This document shows positions 1 through 12,040 of a stretch of 64,000 nucleotides of DNA, one piece after another. Every line of letters begins with the position of its first letter. Position 1 is the first letter of the stretch. Made by a program: the position numbers and the translations under genes. The notes under the pieces are model-generated. The model was not told the DNA's origin, did no database searches, and was given only the letters and a program-made list of their open reading frames with translations. Source of the DNA: Lysobacterales bacterium (lineage in GTDB: Bacteria > Pseudomonadota > Gammaproteobacteria > Xanthomonadales > SZUA-5); contig JBFWOF010000025.1 in assembly GCA_050250665.1 (NCBI GenBank), positions 16,530-80,529 of the forward strand. Reading direction: 5' to 3'.

Positions 1-1365
1 GGAACCCATCCAGCGATGGACGCCGTCGGTCACGCCCGGCGCGTAGGTACCTTCCTGGAACAGCGACGGCACGCCACCGGTGACCCGCAGTTCCCACCAG
101 CGGATGCCGGAGACGGCGCCGCCCGGGCCAGCACCGGCGTCGACTGACTGATTGGTCACCATGGCTTCGTAGCTGCCGAAGTTTCGATAGGCCAGACGGT
201 TCAAGGGACGCTGGCGATAGCCCTGGTGGTCGACCTTGGTCGCCGTACCTGGCTGGGGAATGCAGGAGCGACCCGAGCAGCCACTGAAGATGCTGTTGTA
301 GGGTGAGATGGGCACCACGTGGGTCAGCGTGAAACTGGAGTTTGCGGGCGTCGCGAAGTCGATCACGAACTTCCAGAAGTTCAACGCATCCTGGGGCGCT
401 CCATAGGGTCCGTTGTTGTCCATGGCGCCGACGTAATAGGCCGGTGTGCCCGGCGCTGGCAGCGTGGATCCGTCGATATCGGCCGGTTGCAGGCCGTCGC
501 CGGTGTTGTACGGCGCGGCTCCGGGCGGCACGACGAAGGAAATCACCTGCGGGGTCGGGTTGCCAGCGATCAGCTGGGCGCGGTTGATGGCGTAGGCGCC
601 GATGCCGCCGAAGCTGCTGCCGGCGAATTCGCGGTTGGCAATCAGATAGGCATTGGACCACACGCCGAGCTTGGGATAATCCGGAAAATTGCTGCCAGTG
701 CTGAAGGCATAGCGGTAGTAGGCGCCGGTTGGATCGGGCGTCTGCGAGATCGCGACACAGTTGAAATAGGTCGGACCGGCCGAGGTGAACTGGGTCAGGA
801 TCCAGCGATCGGCAAACTGATCGTAGAGCACGATGGGATCGCCCGAGTTCTCGGTCTGGCAGGCGCCACCGAATCCGGCCCAGAAGGTGTTGGTGGCCAC
901 CGGGCCGAGCAGCAGATTGCCGGTCTTGTCATAGATGGCGGTGTGCAGATTGCTCATCGCCACATAGTGATTGGGGCCGACATCGCCTGCAGGATCCGGC
1001 GGATTGACGCCGGAAATATTGTTCTGGGCGTCAAACGAAACCGTCGGCGCCGGAATGTTCAACGGGCCAACCGCGGACTGTATGACGGGATCCAGTGACT
1101 GGGGTCCGGGCAGGAACTGCCATTCGAGGCCGCTCGGCGGATCGTCATCGATTTCACCATTGGCACGGGTCAACACCAGCGGCGGGATGCCCGTGGGCTT
1201 CATGTCGCGCAAGGGCGGCGACACATCGAAATGCGCAACCGGCAGCAGTCCGCGATAGATACCGCTGGCCAGCGGCGCGTCGCCGCTGGCTGGAGCCGAG
1301 GCGGCCATCGCCGCACCGCAACTCAGCCCTGCAATCAAAGTCAGTCCTACGATTTGCCTCAGCAT
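1..1365 (-). CDS. Exported protein of unknown function (partial, C-terminus lies beyond window start)
   Basis: Minus-strand frame is open from the ATG at 1365 to the window edge, so it has no stop in the window and is missing from the ORF track. GGAGAGGAG lies just upstream of the ATG. N-terminus MLRQIVGLTLIAGLSCGAAMAASAPA looks like a Sec signal peptide. Listed + ORF 319..1098 is its antisense shadow. Confidence 0.6.
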   Translation of the reverse strand, partial: MLRQIVGLTLIAGLSCGAAMAASAPASGDAPLASGIYRGLLPVAHFDVSPPLRDMKPTGIPPLVLTRANGEIDDDPPSGLEWQFLPGPQSLDPVIQSAVGPLNIPAPTVSFDAQNNISGVNPPDPAGDVGPNHYVAMSNLHTAIYDKTGNLLLGPVATNTFWAGFGGACQTENSGDPIVLYDQFADRWILTQFTSAGPTYFNCVAISQTPDPTGAYYRYAFSTGSNFPDYPKLGVWSNAYLIANREFAGSSFGGIGAYAINRAQLIAGNPTPQVISFVVPPGAAPYNTGDGLQPADIDGSTLPAPGTPAYYVGAMDNNGPYGAPQDALNFWKFVIDFATPANSSFTLTHVVPISPYNSIFSGCSGRSCIPQPGTATKVDHQGYRQRPLNRLAYRNFGSYEAMVTNQSVDAGAGPGGAVSGIRWWELRVTGGVPSLFQEGTYAPGVTDGVHRWMGS

Positions 1366-1567
1366 GTTCCGCTCCTCTCCGCACCGGACGCCCATACGCC
1401 CTAAGTGCTGGAACGGTATCCCAAGGACCGGCATCAGGCAATGGCCGATTCCGCAGCTGAGCGGAATCGGACTCCACCCAAGGGCGGGCTTTTTCGGAGT
1501 CAGGCGATGATTGCGGCTCGTGGCGGGGCGACCCGGCAGGGACGCCGCGCCACGAAGCGGCTATGGC

Positions 1568-4243
<2,676 letters not shown>

Positions 4244-4254
4244 TCAGACTTTCC

Positions 4255-4319
4255 CTGTAGGAGCGACCTTGCGTCGCGACCGTGAATTCCAAAATCGCGA
4301 CGCAAGGTCGCTCCTACAC
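4255..4319. repeat. REP-like perfect palindrome (family GTAGGAGCGACCTTGCGTCGCGAC, two inverted copies)
   Basis: tgtaggagcgaccttgcgtcgcga ... cgcgacgcaaggtcgctcctaca between the recF stop and the gyrB start. The same unit recurs at 11222, 15523, 15879 and 54436. Confidence 0.8.
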
Positions 4320-4353
4320 GGCTGCGGGCACTTGCGGAAATCTTCCCTCACGC

Positions 4354-5436
4354 TCACGCCGAACCCCGGTCGATCTTCCCGTGTTCCACGTGAAACACCG
4401 TCATGGCGCCCGCCCACTGTGAGAACGAGACACTCTGCTGGGTTCCGGTCACCCACAACTGAGCCCCGAGTTCGGCACAGGCCAGCAAGGCCCGGCGCTG
4501 ATGATCCTCATCCAGCTCCGAGGCCAGATCGTCCAGCGCCACGATGGGCGCGTGCCCGCGACGGCTGCGATAAATGCTCGCGGCCACCAGTACTGCGGCC
4601 AGCGCCACCAGCTTCTGCTGACCGCGCGAACCGTACTCGCGGATCTCGCGGCCGGCAAAGGACACCGTCCAGTCAGCCCGATGCGGTCCCGCCAGCGTAT
4701 GGCCGACCTCACGCTCCCTCGCACTGAGGGACTCCAGGCGCTCGTACAGATCGACATCATCGCGCCAGCCGCGCTTGTAGCTGATCTCGGCAGTGCCCAT
4801 CTCCGGCAGGGTTCCTGCCAGCGCGGATCGCATCTCGGCAGCAAACTCCGGGAATAAATTCCCTCTTAGCTGCGCGAGGGTCTCGCCCGCATCGGCCAGG
4901 TCGGAGGTCCAGACCCGTAGCTCGGCATCGGAGGGAGATTGCTTGAGTACGGCATTACGCTGGCGCAGCAATCGTGCATAGCGCCGGTAGGCTTCGGTGA
5001 ACTCCGGTTCCACGTGGAACACGATCCAGTCGAAGAAGCGCCGACGCACTTCCGCGCCACCACCAATCAGTTCGTGCGATTCCGGACTGAAGCAGACCAC
5101 CGGAACCAGACTCGCCAACTCCGCCAGATCGGCGACACGCTCGCCATTGCGCAGCGCTCGCCAGGAGGAACGTGCCCGCTCAAAACCCAAACGATCCTGG
5201 CGCCCATCGGTATCGATCTCGGCGTAGACCTGCAGCGCGGCGCTACCCCGCGCGATCACGGCCTCGTGGCCGCCGAAACGAAAGCTGCGCCCGGAACCGA
5301 GCAGAAACAGTGCCTCCAGAACGCTGGTCTTGCCGGCACCGTTGCCACCCAACAACAGATTCAGACCCGGCGCGGGCGCCAGCTCCACCTCCGCCAGACA
5401 ACGCAAGCCAGCGATGGTCAGACGGGTCAGATGCAC
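4354..5436 (-). CDS. recF: DNA replication and repair protein RecF
   Basis: MHLTRLTIAGLRCL...GGNGAGKTSVLEA Walker A; position between dnaN and gyrB. Confidence 0.95.
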   Translation of the reverse strand: MHLTRLTIAGLRCLAEVELAPAPGLNLLLGGNGAGKTSVLEALFLLGSGRSFRFGGHEAVIARGSAALQVYAEIDTDGRQDRLGFERARSSWRALRNGERVADLAELASLVPVVCFSPESHELIGGGAEVRRRFFDWIVFHVEPEFTEAYRRYARLLRQRNAVLKQSPSDAELRVWTSDLADAGETLAQLRGNLFPEFAAEMRSALAGTLPEMGTAEISYKRGWRDDVDLYERLESLSAREREVGHTLAGPHRADWTVSFAGREIREYGSRGQQKLVALAAVLVAASIYRSRRGHAPIVALDDLASELDEDHQRRALLACAELGAQLWVTGTQQSVSFSQWAGAMTVFHVEHGKIDRGSA

Positions 5437-5508
5437 CCGAGGGCTCCAACGAAAACGGGGCCGCAGATACGGCCCCGCCAGGAAGACACAAACACGCTCA
5501 CACCCGGA

Positions 5509-6609
5509 TCACAAGCGCAGCGGCATGACCACATGGCGCGTGGTGTCATCGATCGGCGATTCCACCAGCGCGCTGCTGGCGCCATCGCGCAGACGAATGC
5601 GTACGCGCTCACCATCCACCGCCGCCAGTGCATCCAGCAGATAGTTGACGTTGAAGCCGACCCCAAGCTGATCCACCGTGGTCTCGGCCTCGATTTCTTC
5701 CATGGCTTCTTCCTGTTCGGGATTGTGTGCAATCACCCGCAACACGCCCGGCGAAACCTCGATCTTGACCCCGCGGTATTTCTCGTTCGACAGAATCGCC
5801 GCCCGCGACAGCGCCTGGCGAATGGCATCGCGATCGACCAGGATGACCTTGTCGGCGCCGAGCGGGATCACCGCTTCGTAATCCGGGAAACGGCCATCGA
5901 TCAGTTTCGACACCACGATGCTGTCGGACAGGCGGGCCCGGATATGGTTCTTCGAGAAGGCCAGTTCCAGTGGCGCCTCGCCTCCCTCCAGCAAACGCTG
6001 CAGCTCCAGGATGCCCTTGCGTGGCACGATCACCTGGCGCCGGATCTCACCTTCGGCCACACCGGCAGTTTCCGCCAGCGCCAAACGATGCCCATCCGTC
6101 GCCACCGTGCGCAGGCCATTGCTACGGACCTCAACCAGCAAGCCATTGAGGTAGTAGCGCACGTCCTGCACCGCCATCGCGAACGCGCTACGCTCCAGCA
6201 GTTTCTTGAAACCGCCCTGATCGATCTCGATGCGTTCCTGGATATCGCCGGATTCGGTGGCCGGGAACTCGCTGGCCGGCAGCGTCGCCAGCGTGTAACG
6301 CGAACGTCCCGAGCTCAGCTTGACCCTTTCGCCTTCCTGCTTGAGATCGATCTTGGACCCGTCCGGCAGTGCCCGGACGATGTCGAACAGTTTGCGGGCA
6401 GGAATGGTGACCTCGCCGGCCTCGGCGCCGTCCACTGCCATCTTTGCCGACAGTTCGACTTCCAGATCGGTCGTGGTGAAACTGGCGCTGTCGCCCTCGA
6501 CCCGGATCAGCACATTGGCGAGTACCGGCAGCGTCTGCCGTCTTTCCACCACGCCAACCACTTGCTGCAAGGGACGCAACAAAGCCTCTCGTTGGACGCT
6601 AAATCGCAT
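5509..6609 (-). CDS. dnaN: DNA polymerase III beta sliding clamp
   Basis: MRFSVQREALLRPLQQVVGVVERRQTLPVLANVLI is a typical DnaN N-terminus; 366 aa; AGGAG 8 nt upstream of the ATG. Confidence 0.95.
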   Translation of the reverse strand: MRFSVQREALLRPLQQVVGVVERRQTLPVLANVLIRVEGDSASFTTTDLEVELSAKMAVDGAEAGEVTIPARKLFDIVRALPDGSKIDLKQEGERVKLSSGRSRYTLATLPASEFPATESGDIQERIEIDQGGFKKLLERSAFAMAVQDVRYYLNGLLVEVRSNGLRTVATDGHRLALAETAGVAEGEIRRQVIVPRKGILELQRLLEGGEAPLELAFSKNHIRARLSDSIVVSKLIDGRFPDYEAVIPLGADKVILVDRDAIRQALSRAAILSNEKYRGVKIEVSPGVLRVIAHNPEQEEAMEEIEAETTVDQLGVGFNVNYLLDALAAVDGERVRIRLRDGASSALVESPIDDTTRHVVMPLRL

Positions 6610-6769
6610 GATGCCAAGCTCCTAAGCTTCTAAGTCTTTTTAAGCAGTAGAACATGTTGATGATGATGATCAGCCGTTCTCCCTGTGCAAATCTCTCAAC
6701 GTCTTGTTTCTAATGACAAATATCCAGCGGTACTGACGGGATGAACTGGCCTGGGAGCTGGGGACCAAA

Positions 6770-6778
6770 TGTGGATAA
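6770..6778 (-). promoter_or_regulatory. DnaA box, perfect TTATCCACA (reverse orientation)
   Basis: Plus strand reads tgtggataa. Confidence 0.8.
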
Positions 6779-6804
6779 CTTTTCTGTCCCGCCCACTCCC
6801 CGAG

Positions 6805-6813
6805 TTATCCACA
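6805..6813 (+). promoter_or_regulatory. DnaA box, perfect TTATCCACA
   Basis: Plus strand reads ttatccaca, 26 bp from the inverted box at 6770. Confidence 0.8.
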
Positions 6814-6843
6814 GCTTGCGCAGAGCTTTCCCTGCCCGCTCCC

Positions 6844-8163
6844 TCATACACTCAACATCCGCACCAGCTTGTCCCAGTCATCCCGCGTTCGTGAATCGGT
6901 GTCTACCAGTTCGCGCACCACTTTGCACGCATGCAGCACGGTGGTGTGATCACGACCACCGAAGGCCTGACCGATCTCCGGCAGGCTGTGAGCGGTCAGA
7001 TCCTTGGCCAGCGCCATCGCCATCTGCCGCGGCCGCACCAGTGAACGCGTGCGCTTCTTGCCGAGCAGATCACTGAGCGGGATGCGGTGATAGTCCGACA
7101 CCGTTTTCTGGATGTTCGACAGCGAGATCTGTTGCTCGTGCGGGCGCAGCACATCGCGCAGCGTGGATTGCGCAAAAGCCAGATCGACGTCGACCTTGCC
7201 GAGCAGATTGGCGTGCGCATGCAGCGTGTTCAGCGCACCCTCGAGCTCGCGCACATTGGAGCGCATGCGTCTGCCGATATACGCCGCCACTTCCTCGTTC
7301 AGATCCATGCCGGCGGCGGCCGCCTTTGACAGCAGGATGGCCACCCGGGTTTCGAAATCCGGTGGATCCACGGCCACGCTGATGCCCCAGCCGAAGCGCG
7401 ACTTCAACCGCGGCTCCAGCTTGTCGACTTCCTTGGGATAGCGATCGCAGGTCATGATGATCTGCTGCTTGGCGTCGTACAGGGCGTTGAACAGATGGAA
7501 GAACTCTTCCTGGGTACGATCCTTGCCCGCCAGGAACTGGATGTCGTCGATCAGCAGCGCGTCCACCGAGCGATAGCTGCGCTTGAACTGGTCCATCTTG
7601 TTTTGCTGCAGCGCATGGATCATCGCCCGGATGAATTCCTCCGAGCGCACGTACAGCACCTTGGCCCGCGGATTGTTGCGCAGGATCAGGTTGCCGGCCG
7701 CGTGCAGCAGATGGGTCTTGCCCAGGCCGGTCCCGCCGTAAAGCAGGAAGGGGTTGTAGGCCTGACCCGGCTTCAGTGCCACCTGCAGCGCGGTGGCCCG
7801 CGCCAGCTGGTTGGACTTGCCCTCGACGAAATTGTCGAACTGGTAGCGGCTGTCGAGCTTGCCGTCGAAACGGATATCAAGCTCGGCCGGGCGCTCCGTC
7901 GCGGTCACCGGCGCTACCGGCGCATCCCCGGTGCCGAGCTCCACCGAGACCTCGTTGACGGCCGGATCGAGCTCGGCCATCAGTTCACGCAGGCGCGGCA
8001 GGTAGTCTCGACGAACCCGGTCGGCGACGAAGCCGTTCGGCGCCAGCAGGATCAGATTGCCGCCACGCATGCGCGCCTGCATGGGCTTCAACCAGGTCTG
8101 CACGTCTTCTGCGACCAGTTCGGTACTGAGGCGATCGAGTGCTCGCTTCCAAGCCTTGTGCAT
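6844..8163 (-). CDS. dnaA: Chromosomal replication initiator protein DnaA
   Basis: AAA+ motifs [14 protein letters not shown] and LLIDDIQFL; C-terminal DNA-binding domain. Start chosen at [29 protein letters not shown], the usual DnaA N-terminal pattern. Starts at 8211 or further upstream cannot be excluded. Confidence 0.9.
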   Translation of the reverse strand: MHKAWKRALDRLSTELVAEDVQTWLKPMQARMRGGNLILLAPNGFVADRVRRDYLPRLRELMAELDPAVNEVSVELGTGDAPVAPVTATERPAELDIRFDGKLDSRYQFDNFVEGKSNQLARATALQVALKPGQAYNPFLLYGGTGLGKTHLLHAAGNLILRNNPRAKVLYVRSEEFIRAMIHALQQNKMDQFKRSYRSVDALLIDDIQFLAGKDRTQEEFFHLFNALYDAKQQIIMTCDRYPKEVDKLEPRLKSRFGWGISVAVDPPDFETRVAILLSKAAAAGMDLNEEVAAYIGRRMRSNVRELEGALNTLHAHANLLGKVDVDLAFAQSTLRDVLRPHEQQISLSNIQKTVSDYHRIPLSDLLGKKRTRSLVRPRQMAMALAKDLTAHSLPEIGQAFGGRDHTTVLHACKVVRELVDTDSRTRDDWDKLVRMLSV

Positions 8164-8327
8164 GATCCGAATGAGTTCTTGCGGGCGCCGCGCCCAGGGC
8201 GCCAGGGTCATGGAGGATAGCCGTCTTGGCCGATGCCGTCGCGTGCGGACCGCACAGAAGCGCCGGGCCCTTGCCAGTGCCCGCTGCCGCGCCCAATTCG
8301 ACACCCTTACGGCGTCTGGAACCAGAA

Positions 8328-8730
8328 GCGGGACGCGAAGGACGCGAAGGAGAAGCAGAAAGGTCGCGAAGGGAAAGATGTCAGATGGCTGCTGATCTGT
8401 TTCGTGTGGCTTCGGGTTTTCCCTGGCGAACTTCGCGACCTGCTCTTTACGCTTGTCAGCCTGGCGGCAATCGTCGCCGCAGCAGACATCGGGCGCCATG
8501 AAAAGATGCCCAATGGTCTCTGCTCTACTTTGCGACCTTTCTGCTCCTTCTTCGCGTCCTTCGCGTCCTGCTCTTTGCCAGGGAATACCCAGCGGCAGTC
8601 GTCGCCGTCGCGGACATGGGCGCCAGGCGACGATGGCACATCAGAAACTGCTCGCCTTCGCGTCCTTCGCGTCCTGCTCTTTGCCAGGGAATACCTAGCG
8701 ACAGTCGTCGCCGTCGCGGACATGGGCGAG
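8328..8730. repeat. Composite repeat upstream of dnaA: three direct copies (8431-8497, 8559-8624, 8665-8730) plus an inverted partial copy (8328-8373)
   Basis: cttcgcgtcctgctctttgccagggaatacc[c/t]agcg[g/a]cagtcgtcgccgtcgcggacatgggcg is repeated with 106-128 bp period. The third copy overlaps the 3' end of the WYL regulator gene. Confidence 0.75.
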
Positions 8731-9387
8731 GAAGCCCTGCAGGCTGATATCCGCGCTGTCGGGTATGGACTCGCGCAGCAGATCGAGGGTCACGAAGCGA
8801 TCGATGCGGAAGCTGCGATAGGCCTGGCGCAGCTCGCACCAGGCGGCGAGCGTCCAGACCTTGCCCCAGTAGAACAGGCCCAGGGGCCACAGCACGCGGC
8901 TGGTGACGGCCTCCTTGCCATCCAGATATTCGGCGGCGATGCGGCGGCGTTCCTTCATGCCGCGGCGCGCCACCGACAGCGCTCGACGCGTGCGCGGATC
9001 ATGGCTGAAAGCCAGCACTTCCATGCCCGCAGCCTTGAGCTCCGGCCGCAGGCGTTGCGGCAGCACCGCATCGATCTTGCTCAACACCCGATCGGCGGCG
9101 GCGCGCAGATCCTCATCGGCATAGGCCGACACCCAGGCCGCGCCGAGGGCCAGCGCCTCGAGTTCGTCGCGCTCGAACATCAACGGCGGCACCTGATAGC
9201 CGGCACGCAGTGAGTAACCGATACCAGCCGCACCCTCGACCGGGGTGCCCTGCGCCGCCAGATCGGCGACATCGCGATAGACCGTGCGCTCGGACACGCC
9301 CAGGCGTTCGCCCAGCTGCCTGGCGGTACGCACCCGGCCGCGACCGAGTTCGAGCAGCAGTTGAAACAGGCGATCGCCGCGGCGCAT
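8695..9387 (-). CDS. HTH-WYL domain transcriptional regulator (YafY family)
   Basis: N-terminal HTH RTARQLGERLGVSERTVYRDVADL; WYL-like core WTLAAWCELRQAYRSFRIDRF; 230 aa. Confidence 0.85.
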   Translation of the reverse strand: MRRGDRLFQLLLELGRGRVRTARQLGERLGVSERTVYRDVADLAAQGTPVEGAAGIGYSLRAGYQVPPLMFERDELEALALGAAWVSAYADEDLRAAADRVLSKIDAVLPQRLRPELKAAGMEVLAFSHDPRTRRALSVARRGMKERRRIAAEYLDGKEAVTSRVLWPLGLFYWGKVWTLAAWCELRQAYRSFRIDRFVTLDLLRESIPDSADISLQGFLAHVRDGDDCR

Positions 9388-9731
9388 CAGCGCAGCCCGC
9401 CGGCGCTGTCATCGGCACTGCGCGCATTGCCGTACAGCGCCTTGCGCTCGGCCGTGTAGTGCCACCAGGGTTGCAGCGGGTCGCCGCTGGCCTGGCGGGT
9501 CAGGCCGATCAGCACATCGAGCACACACGGATCCTGGCGGCTGCCGCTGCGGTGCTCCAGTTCCCGAAACAGCTGCAAAGGATCGCGGCCGTGCAGATCG
9601 CGCGGATGGACAAGCCCGAGCAGACGCAGATCGCCGGCGGTCGCCGGACCGACATTGGGCAACTGTTCGAAGCGGGTGGCCTCGGCAAATTCGGACACCT
9701 TGCCGCTGGTCTGACGCGCCCTGGCTTTCAT
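9387..9731 (-). CDS. Helix-hairpin-helix domain protein (Cdd1 / mitomycin-resistance-like family)
   Basis: FEQLPNVGPATAGDLRLLGL is an HhH motif. Its stop overlaps the start of the WYL regulator by 1 nt at 9387. Confidence 0.7.
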   Translation of the reverse strand: MKARARQTSGKVSEFAEATRFEQLPNVGPATAGDLRLLGLVHPRDLHGRDPLQLFRELEHRSGSRQDPCVLDVLIGLTRQASGDPLQPWWHYTAERKALYGNARSADDSAGGLR

Positions 9732-9839
9732 GACCGCTACTCCTTTCCGACCCCCTGCAGCTTACTGCCATTCTGCTGCCATCCACGAGTGCCCTTGCCC
9801 ACGGACCCTGACAGAACACTGGCAGCAGGGCTGGTAGCT

Positions 9840-9867
9840 GGTTGTTGGTTGTCGGTTGTCGGTTGTT
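9840..9867. repeat. Heptanucleotide tract (GGTTGTY)x4
   Basis: ggttgttggttgtcggttgtcggttgtt. Confidence 0.8.
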
Positions 9868-9964
9868 GCGACCGCGACGGGAAGCAGAGTGCTGCAAGCG
9901 GTGCGTGAGGGAGTCTGGATCGCCTGTGGCGGTGCGCTTGTTCGCGTAACGATTTGGGGCGAGC

Positions 9965-10045
9965 GGAAGGGGGCAGGGGCCCAAGCTCGCTGCATGGTCG
10001 GAGTGTGCGGCGAGGTGGGTCCCCTGCCCCTTGCCCCCTGCCCCT
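9965..10045. repeat. G-run / C-run inverted-repeat element
   Basis: gggggcaggggcccaagctcgctgcatgg...gggtcccctgccccttgccccctgcccc; the same family occurs in opposite orientation at 27920-28017. Confidence 0.7.
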
Positions 10046-10164
10046 TTGTGAGGCAGTAACATCCGCGGCTTACGACACCTCTGGTGAGCGCACCCTCTGC
10101 ACGCGCAGGTGTGAGAAATGCGGGCTAGGATTGCGGGCTTGTTCTGCTGCCTGACCCGAATCCC

Positions 10165-11121
10165 ATGAATCAACTCGATCAACTCAAGGCCTGCACCGTG
10201 GTGGTGGCCGATACCGGCAATTTCAAACAGCTGGCGCAGTTCGCGCCGCGGGATGCGACGACCAATCCGTCGCTGATCCTGAAAGCCGTGTTGCAGCCCG
10301 AATACGCCCCGCTGCTGGCGGAAACCGTCGCCGCGCATTCGGGTCTGGCCCACGAGCACATCGTCGATCAGGTGCTGGTGCGCTTCGGGCTGGAGATTCT
10401 CAAGGTGGTGCCGGGCCGGGTCAGTACCGAAGTCGATGCGCGCCTGTCCTTCGATACGCTGGCCACCATCGCCCGCGCTCGACGCCTGATCGCCCTCTAC
10501 CAGCAGGCCGGCATTGCCCGCGAGCGCGTGCTGATCAAGATTGCCGCCACCTGGGAAGGCATCCAGGCGGCCCAGGTGCTGGAGCGCGAGGGCATCCATT
10601 GCAATCTCACCCTGCTGTTTGCCTACTGCCAGGCGGTGGCCTGCGGCGCCGCCGGCGTGCGCCTGATCTCGCCCTTCGTCGGGCGCATTTACGACTGGTA
10701 CAAGAAGGCCGCGGGAGCTGCCTGGGATGAAGTCGCTCACGCCGGCCCCAACGATCCGGGCGTGCGCTCGGTGGCGCAGATCTGGACCTATCTCAAACGC
10801 TTCGGCATCGCCACCGAAGTCATGGGTGCCAGCTTCCGCAATATCGGCCAGATCCAGGCGCTCGCCGGTTGCGATCTGCTGACCATCAGCCCGGAACTGC
10901 TGGCCGAGTTGCAGGCCCTGTCGGCGCCCTTGCCCCGGGCACTGGATGCAGACATCGCGGCGGCTGCCGATCTCGAAGAAGTGCATTTCGATGAAGCCAG
11001 TTTCCGCTATGCGCTGAACGCCGATGCCATGGCCACCGAGAAGCTGGCCGAGGGCATCCGCGCTTTTGCCGCCGATGCCGGCAAGCTTGACCGGATGATC
11101 GAGGCCCTGCTGGCGAAATAG
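10165..11121 (+). CDS. tal: Transaldolase
   Basis: [20 protein letters not shown]...[10 protein letters not shown]...KIAATWEG; 318 aa. Confidence 0.95.
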   Translation: MNQLDQLKACTVVVADTGNFKQLAQFAPRDATTNPSLILKAVLQPEYAPLLAETVAAHSGLAHEHIVDQVLVRFGLEILKVVPGRVSTEVDARLSFDTLATIARARRLIALYQQAGIARERVLIKIAATWEGIQAAQVLEREGIHCNLTLLFAYCQAVACGAAGVRLISPFVGRIYDWYKKAAGAAWDEVAHAGPNDPGVRSVAQIWTYLKRFGIATEVMGASFRNIGQIQALAGCDLLTISPELLAELQALSAPLPRALDADIAAAADLEEVHFDEASFRYALNADAMATEKLAEGIRAFAADAGKLDRMIEALLAK

Positions 11122-11221
11122 GCCGGCATCCGGGAAGGTCGGATCGGGCCGCGCGGACAGCGTCGATGCGAGTTACATGTTTGGTCCCGCCATTGCTCAG
11201 GGGCCATGAACCCCAAGCTGG

Positions 11222-11300
11222 CCTGTAGGAGCGACCTCGCGTCGCGACCGGCCAATCACACGTCCGCAGCAGCGCTCGCGCCGCAAGGGCGCTCCTACAG
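11222..11300. repeat. REP-like pair (GTAGGAGCGACC family)
   Basis: ctgtaggagcgacctcgcgtcgcgacc ... gcaagggcgctcctacag. Confidence 0.7.
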
Positions 11301-11394
11301 ATGGACAAAGCCGGCGCCGCGCTGCGGCGCCGCTCGAACCCAGGATCAAAAGCGGCCGCGCAGGCGCGCGTCCCTCCTCAAAGATACTTCCAAG

Positions 11395-11952
11395 CTACCC
11401 GCGCCAATTGGCGTGGCTCTCCCAGAAAGCCACGCTGCGACGGTAGGCGGCGCGATCCAGCGGCACGCCTGAGCCGCCTTCTTCCACGCCGAGCGCGTTG
11501 CGCATCATCGTGATCGGGGCCATCGGAATTTCTTCGGGCTCGGCGCCGTAGAGGCAGCCGACCACGCCCCACTCGGTATCGATGCGAGTGCCCTCTTTGG
11601 CCAGCTGTTCGCGGTCGTAGAGGATCACGATCAGATACTCCGCCACCGGGGGTTCCAGGCCCTCGAACCAGCGCACCAGCACCGGCAATTCCTCCGAAGT
11701 GCGGGCCTCGTAGGCGCTGCGCAACAGGTGGCGGTTGTGCTCGGTGATCGGCACCGCAAAGCAGCGTGTGGAAGTCCAGTTGCGATAGACATGGAGCTGG
11801 CAGAACGGCGCGTAGCCGGGCAGCACCTTGACCGGCTGCAGTTCGTTGAGTTTCTGTTCGAACTCCTCGGCTGTGCAGTCCTGAATGGTGTTGCGGCGTG
11901 GCTCGCGCGGAAACAACCGGGTGCGGGCGAAGGCGGTCAGGGTGATCGACAT
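11395..11952 (-). CDS. Conserved hypothetical protein (resembles DUF3228-type proteins from memory, unverified)
   Basis: 185-aa ORF with coding-like composition. The overlapping ORF 11378..11959 in another frame is Arg/Pro-rich junk. Confidence 0.65.
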   Translation of the reverse strand: MSITLTAFARTRLFPREPRRNTIQDCTAEEFEQKLNELQPVKVLPGYAPFCQLHVYRNWTSTRCFAVPITEHNRHLLRSAYEARTSEELPVLVRWFEGLEPPVAEYLIVILYDREQLAKEGTRIDTEWGVVGCLYGAEPEEIPMAPITMMRNALGVEEGGSGVPLDRAAYRRSVAFWESHANWRG

Positions 11953-12040
11953 CGGTCACATCAAGGGTAGCGGGTCAGCCTTCATTCTGCGACAGAACGG
12001 CGGGCCACAGGTGACCTGCCCGCGGAGGCCAACACCCGCT

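Larger units (their letters stand above)
6610..6843. promoter_or_regulatory. dnaA-dnaN intergenic region: AT-rich tract plus DnaA boxes (candidate oriC/DUE or dnaN promoter control)
   Basis: About 6625-6725 is markedly AT-richer than the rest of the window (ctaagcttctaagtctttttaagcagtagaacatgttgatgatgatgatc). Two perfect DnaA boxes follow. Confidence 0.45.

Noticed and set aside
319-1098. Listed + strand ORF of 259 aa at the window start.
   Set aside because: The opposite strand carries an edge-truncated gene with an SD, an ATG and a signal peptide (1..1365), and the + frame is low-complexity.
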